From assembly GCA_009691245.1 (NCBI GenBank), contig SHUM01000004.1, positions 9,032 through 73,031 of the forward strand: DNA of 64,000 nt. Direction: 5' to 3'. A program made the position numbers and the translations under genes. This document shows, piece by piece, positions 18,764 to 27,248 of the stretch (position 1 is its first letter; every line of letters starts with the position of its first letter). The notes under the pieces are model-generated. The model was not told the origin of the DNA and searched no databases. It was given only the letters and a program-made list of their open reading frames with translations. The stretch is from Acidobacteriota bacterium. GTDB lineage: Bacteria > Acidobacteriota > Terriglobia > 2-12-FULL-54-10.

Positions 18764-20020
18764 CTAACGAACCATGAGCTTGAAAGTGTAAGTTTGACCA
18801 TCGCCCAAAACAAGCCTGGCGTCTGACGCTGTTGGAGTTCCGGTACAGCAACTTGTATTTTGGAAGTTAACCTGATACAAGCTTACGGCTCCGGGAGAAA
18901 GTCCGGCGTAAACAATTTCCATTTCCGAACTTCCTACCAGCAAACGGGGTTTGGTCAGTAGCAGGTAAATGTCGCCAGGCGGAGCAAACTCGTTTATGGG
19001 TACAAACGGGGTGGTAGAGCCAAGGCCGGTTCCCCACAAAAGGTAATACTCGCCGCACACAAGTGGTTCACCCGGCGCAAGCAAGCGGTACTGGCTGTCC
19101 TGCACCAGGGTTCTTGCGTTTGGGTCAAAGACCTGGAATATCCCGGGGAACGAACTTGTGATTCCCAAGGAACTTGAGGTGTTAGATATCCCTTCTCGGT
19201 TTACAGTTATTCGGGTTGCGGTTCCTTCAATGTCCGGAACCAGAAAATTAACCTGGTTGGGAGAAACGAAATGGAGTGGCGCCTCTTTGTCACCAGAACT
19301 GCTAGTAACAAACACTCTCACGCCACCAAGAGTGGTGGGGAAAGGGGCGGTACTGGCGTGTTCGGTGCTGTTGGCTAGGTCACCCCACAAAGTCATCCAA
19401 GTTCCCGGTGCCAAGTTGGTTGCGGTAGCGAAACTAGCTGCATTGGTAATAGCGGTAATGTGCGGAGCGCCTACAGGAACAGGGAACACTTTGTATGTGA
19501 ATAGTCTGCCGTCGCTGACTTTCTGGACCAAGTACAGGAGCGGACCAGAAGCAACCATTCGTTGCATCTCTCCTTGCGGGGCGTCCAGGTCTGTAAGCAG
19601 GGTTTCCACAATTTGGCCAGAAAGACGGATCAAGCCTCGCACCCCGGGACGCAAAGTTGTTATGAAGTAAAGCGGTCCATTGGGGACCCCAGCAAGGCTA
19701 ATAACATCGCTAACCGTTACGTTTCCAACCCGGCCGTTGGTTACCAGCTTTTGCTCTAATGTATCCGGGTTTAGAAATTGGCTAACTTGCAGCCCACCAG
19801 AATTGGTGTAAGCCACTGTTGCTGTTTCATTATATACTGCAATGGCCGTAATATTCTGAAAGCCGGACAAAACGACTTTAGTTTCTCCCCACGTACCGTT
19901 GAACACGACACTAATGCGGAGCAGAGTACGGTCAGTTTCATTTACAACGTAGGCATATCTGGTATTGACCCCAACCAAGACTAAGCGTTTGTTTTCGCTC
20001 AATCTAATCCGGTAAATCAC
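18764..20020 (-). CDS. C-terminal part of a frameshifted secreted protein with a Solibacter-type C-terminal domain (GTG-initiated ORF in the track)
   Basis: The C-terminal 220 aa match the Solibacter-type C-terminal domain also present in the 27249 and 29126 products (PGIFQV...GEPLVCGEYYLLWGTGLG...AGLSPGAVSLYQVNFQ). No signal peptide at its own start. Local GC about 50 percent. Confidence 0.55.
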   Translation of the reverse strand: MIYRIRLSENKRLVLVGVNTRYAYVVNETDRTLLRISVVFNGTWGETKVVLSGFQNITAIAVYNETATVAYTNSGGLQVSQFLNPDTLEQKLVTNGRVGNVTVSDVISLAGVPNGPLYFITTLRPGVRGLIRLSGQIVETLLTDLDAPQGEMQRMVASGPLLYLVQKVSDGRLFTYKVFPVPVGAPHITAITNAASFATATNLAPGTWMTLWGDLANSTEHASTAPFPTTLGGVRVFVTSSSGDKEAPLHFVSPNQVNFLVPDIEGTATRITVNREGISNTSSSLGITSSFPGIFQVFDPNARTLVQDSQYRLLAPGEPLVCGEYYLLWGTGLGSTTPFVPINEFAPPGDIYLLLTKPRLLVGSSEMEIVYAGLSPGAVSLYQVNFQNTSCCTGTPTASDARLVLGDGQTYTFKLMVR

Positions 20021-20112
20021 TTCCAGAATGGGACTACTTCCGGCTGGCAGTTCAAAAATTCCTTGGTAAACATTTGTTGGGTCGTCTGTGGGTTGGTAGT
20101 AGGCTCCTAAAA

Positions 20113-20670
20113 CTATTCGACCAGAACCTTTTTTAAACCCCAGACATCCAAGAAAGTACCAACTGTCTCTGGCTTATTGCGGTAAGTTATTGTGTCGCTT
20201 GTTCCAAAGAGCCTAATAGGTGGACCAGGAAGACCGCGCCCTTTGACGTACAGGGTAGAGTTGTAAGTCGAAGAACTAGTTGGAGTGTACTTAACATAAT
20301 GTACTCCACCACTGCTCCCACAGGCTACAGCAGCCCTTGCTGATTGTGGGAAACGCCCTTGGAATGGGGCAATTAGGTAAGTGACTCCGCCTAAAGCGCT
20401 TTCATTACTCTGGTCTAAAAGTTCTGGCGTGGCAGCAATTCTGGGATCCCAGTGTTTAAGGAATAAGCCAGAATTGCTGCAAAGGCCGCCTTCGGTAAAA
20501 GGTGGTCCCGGATCATCGGCTGTGAAGGTTTCTGCCGGCAATGCAAGTAGCTGTGGTGAAAAACGGGAATCCGGAACTCCCTGCAGGGTTGTTAATTCTG
20601 CCCTGACTTTCGGAGACAGGGCTGCAACCAGTACTAACAAAAGAACCAATCCGCTAGGTTCGGATCTCAT
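20113..20670 (-). CDS. N-terminal part (signal peptide plus 160 aa) of the same frameshifted gene
   Basis: Signal peptide MRSEPSGLVLLLVLVAALSPKVRAE. The ORF terminates just after a T6/A6 tract at 20129-20134; the +1 frame continues uninterrupted into the 18764-20020 ORF. Confidence 0.55.
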   Translation of the reverse strand: MRSEPSGLVLLLVLVAALSPKVRAELTTLQGVPDSRFSPQLLALPAETFTADDPGPPFTEGGLCSNSGLFLKHWDPRIAATPELLDQSNESALGGVTYLIAPFQGRFPQSARAAVACGSSGGVHYVKYTPTSSSTYNSTLYVKGRGLPGPPIRLFGTSDTITYRNKPETVGTFLDVWGLKKVLVE

Positions 20671-20908
20671 GTAAATGATATTATCTCATGGTTAGTCAGC
20701 CGCGTTATCCTGTTGAATAGAATTATTCAAATCCATCAGGGTATGCAGGCTACTATCTGGCAGCGCCCAAATGATCAATGCATGCACGCGTCGTCATTCC
20801 CAATTCACAACGAGAGTGGAGAGCCATGGCCTTGGTCCTCGCCGGAGCGACCGCCGGAGCAAACGGTCCCGCGCAAACGCTGATTGCAGAGAAGGGCGGC
20901 CGGGAGGT

Positions 20909-20954
20909 GGGTTTTCCATAGGCCCGCTTGCTGACGCCCGCGGCACTGTCACGC
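20909..20954 (+). repeat. REP-like dispersed repeat copy (full-length form GGGTTTTCCATAGGCCCGCTTGCTGACGCCCGCGGCACTGTCACGC)
   Basis: Seen directly; overlaps the higA stop. Confidence 0.75.
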
Positions 20955-21251
20955 AGCATGGATGGCGGCGGGCTTGTAGCGGTGCACGTGAATTTGATTC
21001 TCAGTGGCGCGGTGGACGGCCAGGTCGTATGCCAACTGCATGCGCATCAGGTGGTCCATTTTGGGGCCGCAGGCCTTTTCGATGCGCAGGGCCATCTGCG
21101 GGCTCAGGTCGGTGCGCTCATTCAACAGCAGCGACAAGGCTTGGCGGCTGACTTTCAGAATGCCGGCGGCCTCCGAAACGGATAGTTCTAATGGCTGGAT
21201 AATCTGGCGTCGAATGATGCCGCCGGGATGCGGCGGATTTTTCATAGCCAT
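20949..21251 (-). CDS. higA: HigA-family antitoxin (XRE-type HTH), orphan
   Basis: MKNPPHPGGIIRRQIIQPLELSVSEAAGILKVSRQALSLLLNERTDLSPQMALRIEKA is the classic HigA/VapI antidote signature. No RelE/HigB-like ORF in either flank. Confidence 0.75.
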   Translation of the reverse strand: MAMKNPPHPGGIIRRQIIQPLELSVSEAAGILKVSRQALSLLLNERTDLSPQMALRIEKACGPKMDHLMRMQLAYDLAVHRATENQIHVHRYKPAAIHAA

Positions 21252-21278
21252 GGATTGAATGCTCCCAATCGCTGGGCG

Positions 21279-21314
21279 TGTCCGCTTGCTTACGCGCGCG
21301 GCTCTGTGGCACGG
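21279..21314 (+). repeat. REP-like dispersed repeat copy
   Basis: GTCCGCTTGCTTACGCGCGCGGCTCTGTGGCACGG; same orientation as 20909-20954, so higA is bracketed by direct copies. Confidence 0.7.
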
Positions 21315-21320
21315 CGCCGG

Positions 21321-22007
21321 TTATTCGCGACCGTCGTCGATGACGTGGCCGTCGCGCATTGTGATGATGCGGTCGCTGAAGGCGGCTACTTCCGGGTTGT
21401 GGGTGATCATCAGGATGGTCTGACCGAACTTGCCGTTCAATTCCTGGAGCATGTTCAGGACTAGTTGAGAAGTCTCGGTGTCGAGCGCGCCGGTGGGCTC
21501 GTCGGCGAGGAGAATCTTCGGCTTGTTGACCACGGCGCGGGCGATGGCCACGCGCTGCTGCTCGCCGCCGGACATCTCCAGCGGGCGATGGTTGATGCGT
21601 TGATCGATGCCCAGCAATTTGAGGATCGAGTTCAGATGATCGTTGTCTACGCCATTACCGTTTCCGGCAATATGGCCAGCCAGCGCGATGTTGTCGTAAG
21701 CGGAGAGAGTCGGCAGCAGGTTGAAGCGTTGGAAGACGAAGCCGATCTTCTTCTTGCGCATCTCGGTGCGTTGGGCTTCGCTCATTTGCGCGAGGTCGTC
21801 GCCGTCCACTGTTAGCTGCCCGCCGCTCGGCTGAGTCAGTCCGCCGATGATGTGCAGCAGGCTGGATTTTCCGCAGCCGGAGGGGCCAACGATGCTGACG
21901 AACTCGCCCTGCTCCACGCTCAAGTCCACGCCGCGTAGCGCGGGCACGTCCACCTTGCCCACGCGGTAGGTCTTGCGCAATTGTTCGGCGTGAATGATCT
22001 CAGGCAA
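21321..22007 (-). CDS. ABC transporter ATP-binding protein (MacB/LolD-like)
   Basis: Walker [13 protein letters not shown] signature [14 protein letters not shown], Walker [10 protein letters not shown]-loop. Confidence 0.9.
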   Translation of the reverse strand: MPEIIHAEQLRKTYRVGKVDVPALRGVDLSVEQGEFVSIVGPSGCGKSSLLHIIGGLTQPSGGQLTVDGDDLAQMSEAQRTEMRKKKIGFVFQRFNLLPTLSAYDNIALAGHIAGNGNGVDNDHLNSILKLLGIDQRINHRPLEMSGGEQQRVAIARAVVNKPKILLADEPTGALDTETSQLVLNMLQELNGKFGQTILMITHNPEVAAFSDRIITMRDGHVIDDGRE

Positions 22008-22019
22008 GAGTTGTTCCTT

Positions 22020-23120
22020 TTATTCGTAGGCCAGCGCTTCGATGGCGTCCTGCTTGGCGGCGCGCATCGCCGGGTAACATGACCCAAACAGGCTGGCGAA
22101 CAGCGCGATGCCCGCGGCGCGCAGCATCCACTCACTGGTAATCACAATAGGTAGCGTGGGAAAGAATAGCCCGACCAATTGCCGCACCGCATAACTGAGT
22201 CCGATGCCGCCGATAATGCCAAACACAGTCAGCGTTGCTGTTTCACGCAGCACCAGATTGAAAACATATCCGCGCGACGCGCCCATGGCCTTCAAGATGC
22301 CGATCTCCCGTGTGCGTTCGATGATGGTGGAGTACATGGTGATGAAGATCACCAGCAGGCCGATGCAAACCGCCAGCCCGATAATCACTGAGATGAAGTT
22401 ACTCAGGCCGGGAACGTTTCCCGCCACCATGAGTGAAACGTATTCCTGCATGTCGCGCAATTGATAGTTGGGAAGCAACACCTGCATCTTGGCCAGCGCT
22501 TCCTTCACCTGCTTGGGTTGGGTGAGGCGCACGAAAAAGATGGACGCCTTGCCCGCTGATCCCATCAGGTCCTGCAATTTTTCGATCGGCAGGAAAATCC
22601 GCGCGCCCTTGCCGTGCTCCACAATTCCCGCGACGCGAAACTGCTGGTTGAGCAGTTCCAGCGTGCTGCCGACTTTTAACGATCGCGAATCGGCGAAGAT
22701 GTCGTCCACCAGCACATCGTCGGGCTGCTCGAATCCGCGGCCATCGAGGAAGCGAAAGCCGCCGGAGACGGCGTCGAAGCTGGGCACATCGATTCCGTAG
22801 ATCAGAGTGATGCCGCCCGAAGTGCTGGCCTGCACCAGCACGGGGGCAACGGCGCGGACTTCGGGAATTTCAGCGAGCTTTGCGGCGATGGTCACCGGCA
22901 TCGGCGAACCGCTGAATCCGAGGAACATGGAAGTGGTCTGCGGTTGGACCATGATTTCCGCGCCCACGCCGGCGGTGCGGCGCGCGGACTCCTGCATCAC
23001 GCCTTGCGACAGGCCCACCACCATGATAATGAGCACCACTTCAAGGGCCACGGCCGCGACAGAGAGCAGCGTGCGAATGGGGCGGTTGACGAGATTGGCG
23101 AGTATGAGGCGGTTAATCAA
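22020..23120 (-). CDS. ABC transporter permease, FtsX/MacB family
   Basis: N-terminal TM, large periplasmic domain, C-terminal 3-TM FtsX-like region; 13-bp gap to the ATPase gene. Confidence 0.8.
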   Translation of the reverse strand: MINRLILANLVNRPIRTLLSVAAVALEVVLIIMVVGLSQGVMQESARRTAGVGAEIMVQPQTTSMFLGFSGSPMPVTIAAKLAEIPEVRAVAPVLVQASTSGGITLIYGIDVPSFDAVSGGFRFLDGRGFEQPDDVLVDDIFADSRSLKVGSTLELLNQQFRVAGIVEHGKGARIFLPIEKLQDLMGSAGKASIFFVRLTQPKQVKEALAKMQVLLPNYQLRDMQEYVSLMVAGNVPGLSNFISVIIGLAVCIGLLVIFITMYSTIIERTREIGILKAMGASRGYVFNLVLRETATLTVFGIIGGIGLSYAVRQLVGLFFPTLPIVITSEWMLRAAGIALFASLFGSCYPAMRAAKQDAIEALAYE

Positions 23121-24106
23121 TTAGGAGTGCCTTCATTGAGCGGGGCATTGACGAGCGGGGCGTTGGCGGGCTGACCGTCCAGGCTGACTAACTCCACGCC
23201 AGCAGGCCGCTCCATCTTGAATTTTTCGTCGCCGAGATCTTCATTGAATACCAGGCGCATGACAGCCAGGGCCAGGCCGTACTCATCCTGCGGGCGGTCA
23301 ATCACGATGTTCTGCGGGTAGCGCAATCCGGCAAAATCGCCATAGTTAGAGTAGTGAGCGTCGGTGGCCAGCACCCCGCCGGGATCAAAAATTTGCAGGC
23401 GCGCCAGAGTCAGTCCAACACGCTCAAACCACAAGCGGCGAGACAGTTCGAGACGCCCGTTGCCGTCGTTGGCCAGAATGTGAATGACATAGTAGCTCTG
23501 ATCGGGCTCATTCACCACTTCCAGCGCCACTTTCTCTTTTTCGCTATCGGGACTGTGCCACAACAGCGCATCCAGAATATGCTGCGGGCGAAGATTCTCC
23601 AGCGCAGAGGCAGACTTCTTCGTGCGATTATTGCTCCCCACCATCAGGCGGTTCTTCGACGGAACATATAGCTCGAACTTCTCGCCATCCGAAGCCAGAT
23701 CGAACGCCGTATTGCGCACTACCGGATACAATCCGATCATGCGCAACCAACCCGGCTTGCGGATCAGCAGAAAAGAGCGCACATCGCGGTAATGCACCAC
23801 TTCACCCTTCAGCACAGAGCTGACGGAGGGCTCCACTTCGACCGTGGCGTTCAGCGTCCGAATGAATTCTTCCTGTTGCCGCAACCCGGCTAGCAGCTCA
23901 TCCAGCGTGGCTTGGCGATAGGCCGAGGCGGGCCGAACAGTATTGATACGCTCGCGTGAGCGGATTAAACATCCGGTAGATAGCAGGGAGCCAGCAATAA
24001 TTAGAGATACAAAGAGGCGCGCCCGCCAGGATGGTGCCCGACGGAGACATGGTTGTATATTGGGTCCCCCCGCAGGGGTCCCTGTAATAATTCGTCTTGT
24101 ACTCAT
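23117..24106 (-). CDS. Periplasmic/lipoprotein LolA-like (lipoprotein-carrier fold) protein, probably functioning with the ABC pair
   Basis: Signal-like RARLFVSLIIAGSLLSTGC and a beta-rich body resembling outer-membrane lipoprotein-sorting proteins. Start codon uncertain (ORF track gives 24178). Confidence 0.4.
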   Translation of the reverse strand: MSTRRIITGTPAGGPNIQPCLRRAPSWRARLFVSLIIAGSLLSTGCLIRSRERINTVRPASAYRQATLDELLAGLRQQEEFIRTLNATVEVEPSVSSVLKGEVVHYRDVRSFLLIRKPGWLRMIGLYPVVRNTAFDLASDGEKFELYVPSKNRLMVGSNNRTKKSASALENLRPQHILDALLWHSPDSEKEKVALEVVNEPDQSYYVIHILANDGNGRLELSRRLWFERVGLTLARLQIFDPGGVLATDAHYSNYGDFAGLRYPQNIVIDRPQDEYGLALAVMRLVFNEDLGDEKFKMERPAGVELVSLDGQPANAPLVNAPLNEGTPN

Positions 24107-24346
24107 TCGCTCCGTCTGCCATGCCCAACTCCAGGGCCTATCCAAGCCAATGTACCAGACGCCAGACAACCCACGCAACCCTTCGGGGCCTTTAGCATTA
24201 GCGAGATAAGGTTCGTGGAGTCCATTGGTTAAGCTGAAAATATCAGGTCATCTGAGGATAATCCGAACCTCTGCTGGGGGCTTATTGGTATACAATGCGG
24301 GAAGTGAAGCTACGTGGCTGGGTCCGAGGCTGAGGAGGGAATTTCC

Positions 24347-24607
24347 ATGCCGATCTATGAATACAAGTGCTTGAATTGCAAAGATCAGTTCGAGTATCTG
24401 CTCCTTCCCAGCACTCCAGCGCCGCCGCAGTGTCCCTCCTGTGGCGGGAACAAGCTGGAGCAGACACTCTCCGCATTTGCCGTGAACTCGGCCGAGAAGA
24501 GTGCAGCGGCGTGGCAGGGCGCGCGCAAGAAGTATGAAAAAACCGAGCTGCGCGACAAGAAAGTTGCCGAAGCCGAGGCCGTCCACCACCATCTTCACGA
24601 TCATTAG
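24347..24607 (+). CDS. FmdB-family zinc-ribbon regulatory protein
   Basis: MPIYEYKCLNCKDQFE...CPSCGG (CxxC...CxxC) is the hallmark of the FmdB family. Start taken at MPIYEY. Confidence 0.75.
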   Translation: MPIYEYKCLNCKDQFEYLLLPSTPAPPQCPSCGGNKLEQTLSAFAVNSAEKSAAAWQGARKKYEKTELRDKKVAEAEAVHHHLHDH

Positions 24608-24713
24608 CCCTGGCTAGCATTCGATGCGAGCATTCAATTCTCAACGATACGTCCTACATTGATTGGACCGCGCCGCTGGCGGCGGGACCTTCTCCTGCCC
24701 TATTCTATAAGAG

Positions 24714-25832
24714 ATGACACACATCGGAAAAATCGGGCGCATCACGTTGCGCGAAATTCGTATGCCGCTGGTATCGCCCTTCGAGACCAGCTTCGGATTG
24801 ACCACGGAACGCCGCATCATTCTCGTCGAAGTGCAGGGCGAAGGCGTCAGCGGTTGGGGCGAAGTTACCGCGGGCGAAGGGCCTTTTTACAATGAAGAGT
24901 GGACCGACTCGGCCTGGCTGATCCTCAAGGACTTCGCTATCCCGAGCCTGCTTGCAAAGCCCCTGCGCGAGGTTGGCGAAGCCGCCGGGCTGTGGGAATC
25001 AATCCGCGAAAATCGCATGGCCACCGGAGGCTTGGAAGCTTCGCTTTGGGAATGGCAGGCGCGCCTTCAGAACGTCCCTCTGCATCAATTGCTGGGCGGG
25101 ACGCAGCGTGAAATTTCCTGCGGCGTCTCGATCGGCATTCAGCCCACCATCGACGACTTGCTGCGCAAGATTGCAACAGAAGTTGCGGCCGGTTACCAGC
25201 GTGTGAAGGTGAAGATCAAGCCGGGCTGGGATATTGAAGTCCTCGAGAAAATCCGCGAGCGCTTCCCGCGCCTGCGCTTGATGGCCGATGCCAACTCCGC
25301 CTATCGCCTGGAAGACAAGGGCCACCTGAAGATGCTCGACCGCTTCTACCTGATGATGATCGAGCAGCCGCTCGCGCACGACGACATCATGGACCATGCC
25401 CGCCTACAGCAGTATATCGAGACGCCCATCTGCCTGGATGAGAGCATCCGCAGTTTGCGCCATGCCGAGCAGGCGGTAGAAATGAAGGCCTGCCAGATCA
25501 TCAATATCAAGCTGGGCCGCGTCGGTGGCTTCCGCAATGCCAAGCTGATTCATGACTGCTGCCAGGCCGCGCGTGTTCCAGTGTGGTGTGGCGGTATGCT
25601 CGAATCCGGCGTGGGCCGCGCCGCCAACATCGCGCTTTCCACCTTACCCAACTTCGTGCTGCCCGGAGATGTTTCCGCCAGCCAGCGCTACTGGAAACGC
25701 GACGTGGTCATCCCCGAGGTGACCGTCACTCCACGCGGAACGATAGAAGTCCCGCAAGGCGCTGGCAACGGATTCGGTGTCGACCGCGAACTCATCGCTT
25801 CTCTGACGGTACGCGAGGTGTCCCTGCCATGA
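24714..25832 (+). CDS. Enolase-superfamily enzyme, o-succinylbenzoate synthase / N-acylamino-acid racemase (MenC) family
   Basis: N-terminal capping domain IRMPLVSPFETSFG, KVKIKPG (KxK), DANSAY and catalytic Asp/Glu spacing typical of the MenC/MR family. Confidence 0.7.
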   Translation: MTHIGKIGRITLREIRMPLVSPFETSFGLTTERRIILVEVQGEGVSGWGEVTAGEGPFYNEEWTDSAWLILKDFAIPSLLAKPLREVGEAAGLWESIRENRMATGGLEASLWEWQARLQNVPLHQLLGGTQREISCGVSIGIQPTIDDLLRKIATEVAAGYQRVKVKIKPGWDIEVLEKIRERFPRLRLMADANSAYRLEDKGHLKMLDRFYLMMIEQPLAHDDIMDHARLQQYIETPICLDESIRSLRHAEQAVEMKACQIINIKLGRVGGFRNAKLIHDCCQAARVPVWCGGMLESGVGRAANIALSTLPNFVLPGDVSASQRYWKRDVVIPEVTVTPRGTIEVPQGAGNGFGVDRELIASLTVREVSLP

Positions 25833-26782
25833 GCGGCGCGACACCGACGAATAACGTAGAGCCAATGAACGGAAGCATTTCGGCGCGTGCGGCATGGTTT
25901 AACGCCAGCCTGGCCACTTTTCTTTGGGCCGCCAACGTCCTTCCTGTCAAACTGGCCCTGCGTGAAATTCCCGGACTGACGACGGCATTGGCCAGAGTTA
26001 CGCTGGCGGGCTTAGTCCTTATTGCCGTCCACCTCTGGCGGGGGAAATCGTTTTCCTTGCGTCGGGATGAGCTGAAGGATTTCCTTCTGCTCGGATTTTT
26101 CGGCATTGCGATCAGCTTTGCCATGTTCACCACCGCCATGCAATATACCAGCGTGGCTCACGCCGTATTTATCGGCGCGCTCCTGCCCTTATTCGTTCTC
26201 ATTCTGGCTTGCGCCACCGGACAAGAGCGATTTACTGGCACGAAAAATGTTGGGTTTATCGTCGCGATGGCGGGCGTTGTCCTGCTGGCCATGGACAAGA
26301 CGGCCATCGCCGGAGCGGACGGCGCAGTCGCCTCGAACTGGCGCGGCGACCTGATGGCGCTCTGTGGGGTCAGTTGTTTTACATTCTTCACTGTGCGCGG
26401 GAAAAAACTGGCGACCCGCTACGACAGCGGCACGGTCAACATGTACGCCTTCGGATTGGGCGCGGCATTTTGCTTCCCGCTGCTGCTCTGGATCAGCGCG
26501 ACCCGCACTCCGCAAGCGCTCGATCCGCATTGGAACCAAGTGAGCTTGGTTGCCTGGATCAGTTTATTCCTTTCGGGCACGCTGGGCTCCGCGCTTCCAT
26601 ACTTTGTTTACTACAAGGCGTTACGCTCCTTGAAGGCCACGCAAGTTGCGACACTGCACTATATTCAGCCGGTGGTGGCCACACTGCTGGGCGTAGTATT
26701 CCTGCACGAACGGCTCGGCCCGCAATTCACCATCGCCGCCGCTCTAATCCTGCTGGGGGTTTTTCTCGCCGAGCGCCGCTGA
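25829..26782 (+). CDS. EamA/DMT-family transporter
   Basis: Ten predicted TM helices in two EamA repeats. Start ATG overlaps the menC-like stop (ATGA). The long ORF-track extension 25583-25828 was rejected. Confidence 0.8.
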   Translation: MSGATPTNNVEPMNGSISARAAWFNASLATFLWAANVLPVKLALREIPGLTTALARVTLAGLVLIAVHLWRGKSFSLRRDELKDFLLLGFFGIAISFAMFTTAMQYTSVAHAVFIGALLPLFVLILACATGQERFTGTKNVGFIVAMAGVVLLAMDKTAIAGADGAVASNWRGDLMALCGVSCFTFFTVRGKKLATRYDSGTVNMYAFGLGAAFCFPLLLWISATRTPQALDPHWNQVSLVAWISLFLSGTLGSALPYFVYYKALRSLKATQVATLHYIQPVVATLLGVVFLHERLGPQFTIAAALILLGVFLAERR

Positions 26783-27248
26783 TTCAATTTAATAGCGCAC
26801 CGTCCGGACTTCCTGGAATTCGAACTCTCCCACTTTCTTGCTACCTTTTTGCTTGACCTCGCCGCCGCGAATTGGTAGCCCCGGCTCGTCAGTAGTGGTT
26901 CGCACTTCCGGTGTACGATTGGGCAAATCGAAACGGGACGCATCGGAAGCCGAATCAGGTGGATAACTAGAGAAAACCAAAATCGGTCAGCCTGACCTTA
27001 CCTGTCGGCAGGTTGAAGTGTTTGCGACCGACTGGAATTGCTCGCTACCGCTTGTCCGCTGGACGAGCGCGTTGCGGTTGAGCTTTCTAGCGCGGTGGTT
27101 GTCCGTGGCATTCAATTGTCGTCGGTGTTGCGACGGAAGTAATCTCTCACCGGAAAACACAGCCGCAAGTTTTGTATGAGTCGTGTTCGGCCCTCGCGCG
27201 AATTCTGAGAAATATGATTAATGAGTATTTGATTCGGAGAAGGAGAAT

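Noticed and set aside
20700-20950. Searched for a HigB/RelE toxin partner of higA, and for the missing 3' half of the kinase
   Set aside because: No frame in this interval (or in 21252-21320) gives RelE-fold or kinase motifs. The only ORFs (20753-20959, 20771-21151) translate to Arg/Gly-rich nonsense.
25583-25828. Long N-terminal extension of ORF 25583-26782 (399 aa), which overlaps the menC-like gene
   Set aside because: The extension is Arg/Pro-rich low-complexity sequence lying inside a well-supported gene in another frame. The EamA transporter starts cleanly at the ATG overlapping the menC stop (25829).
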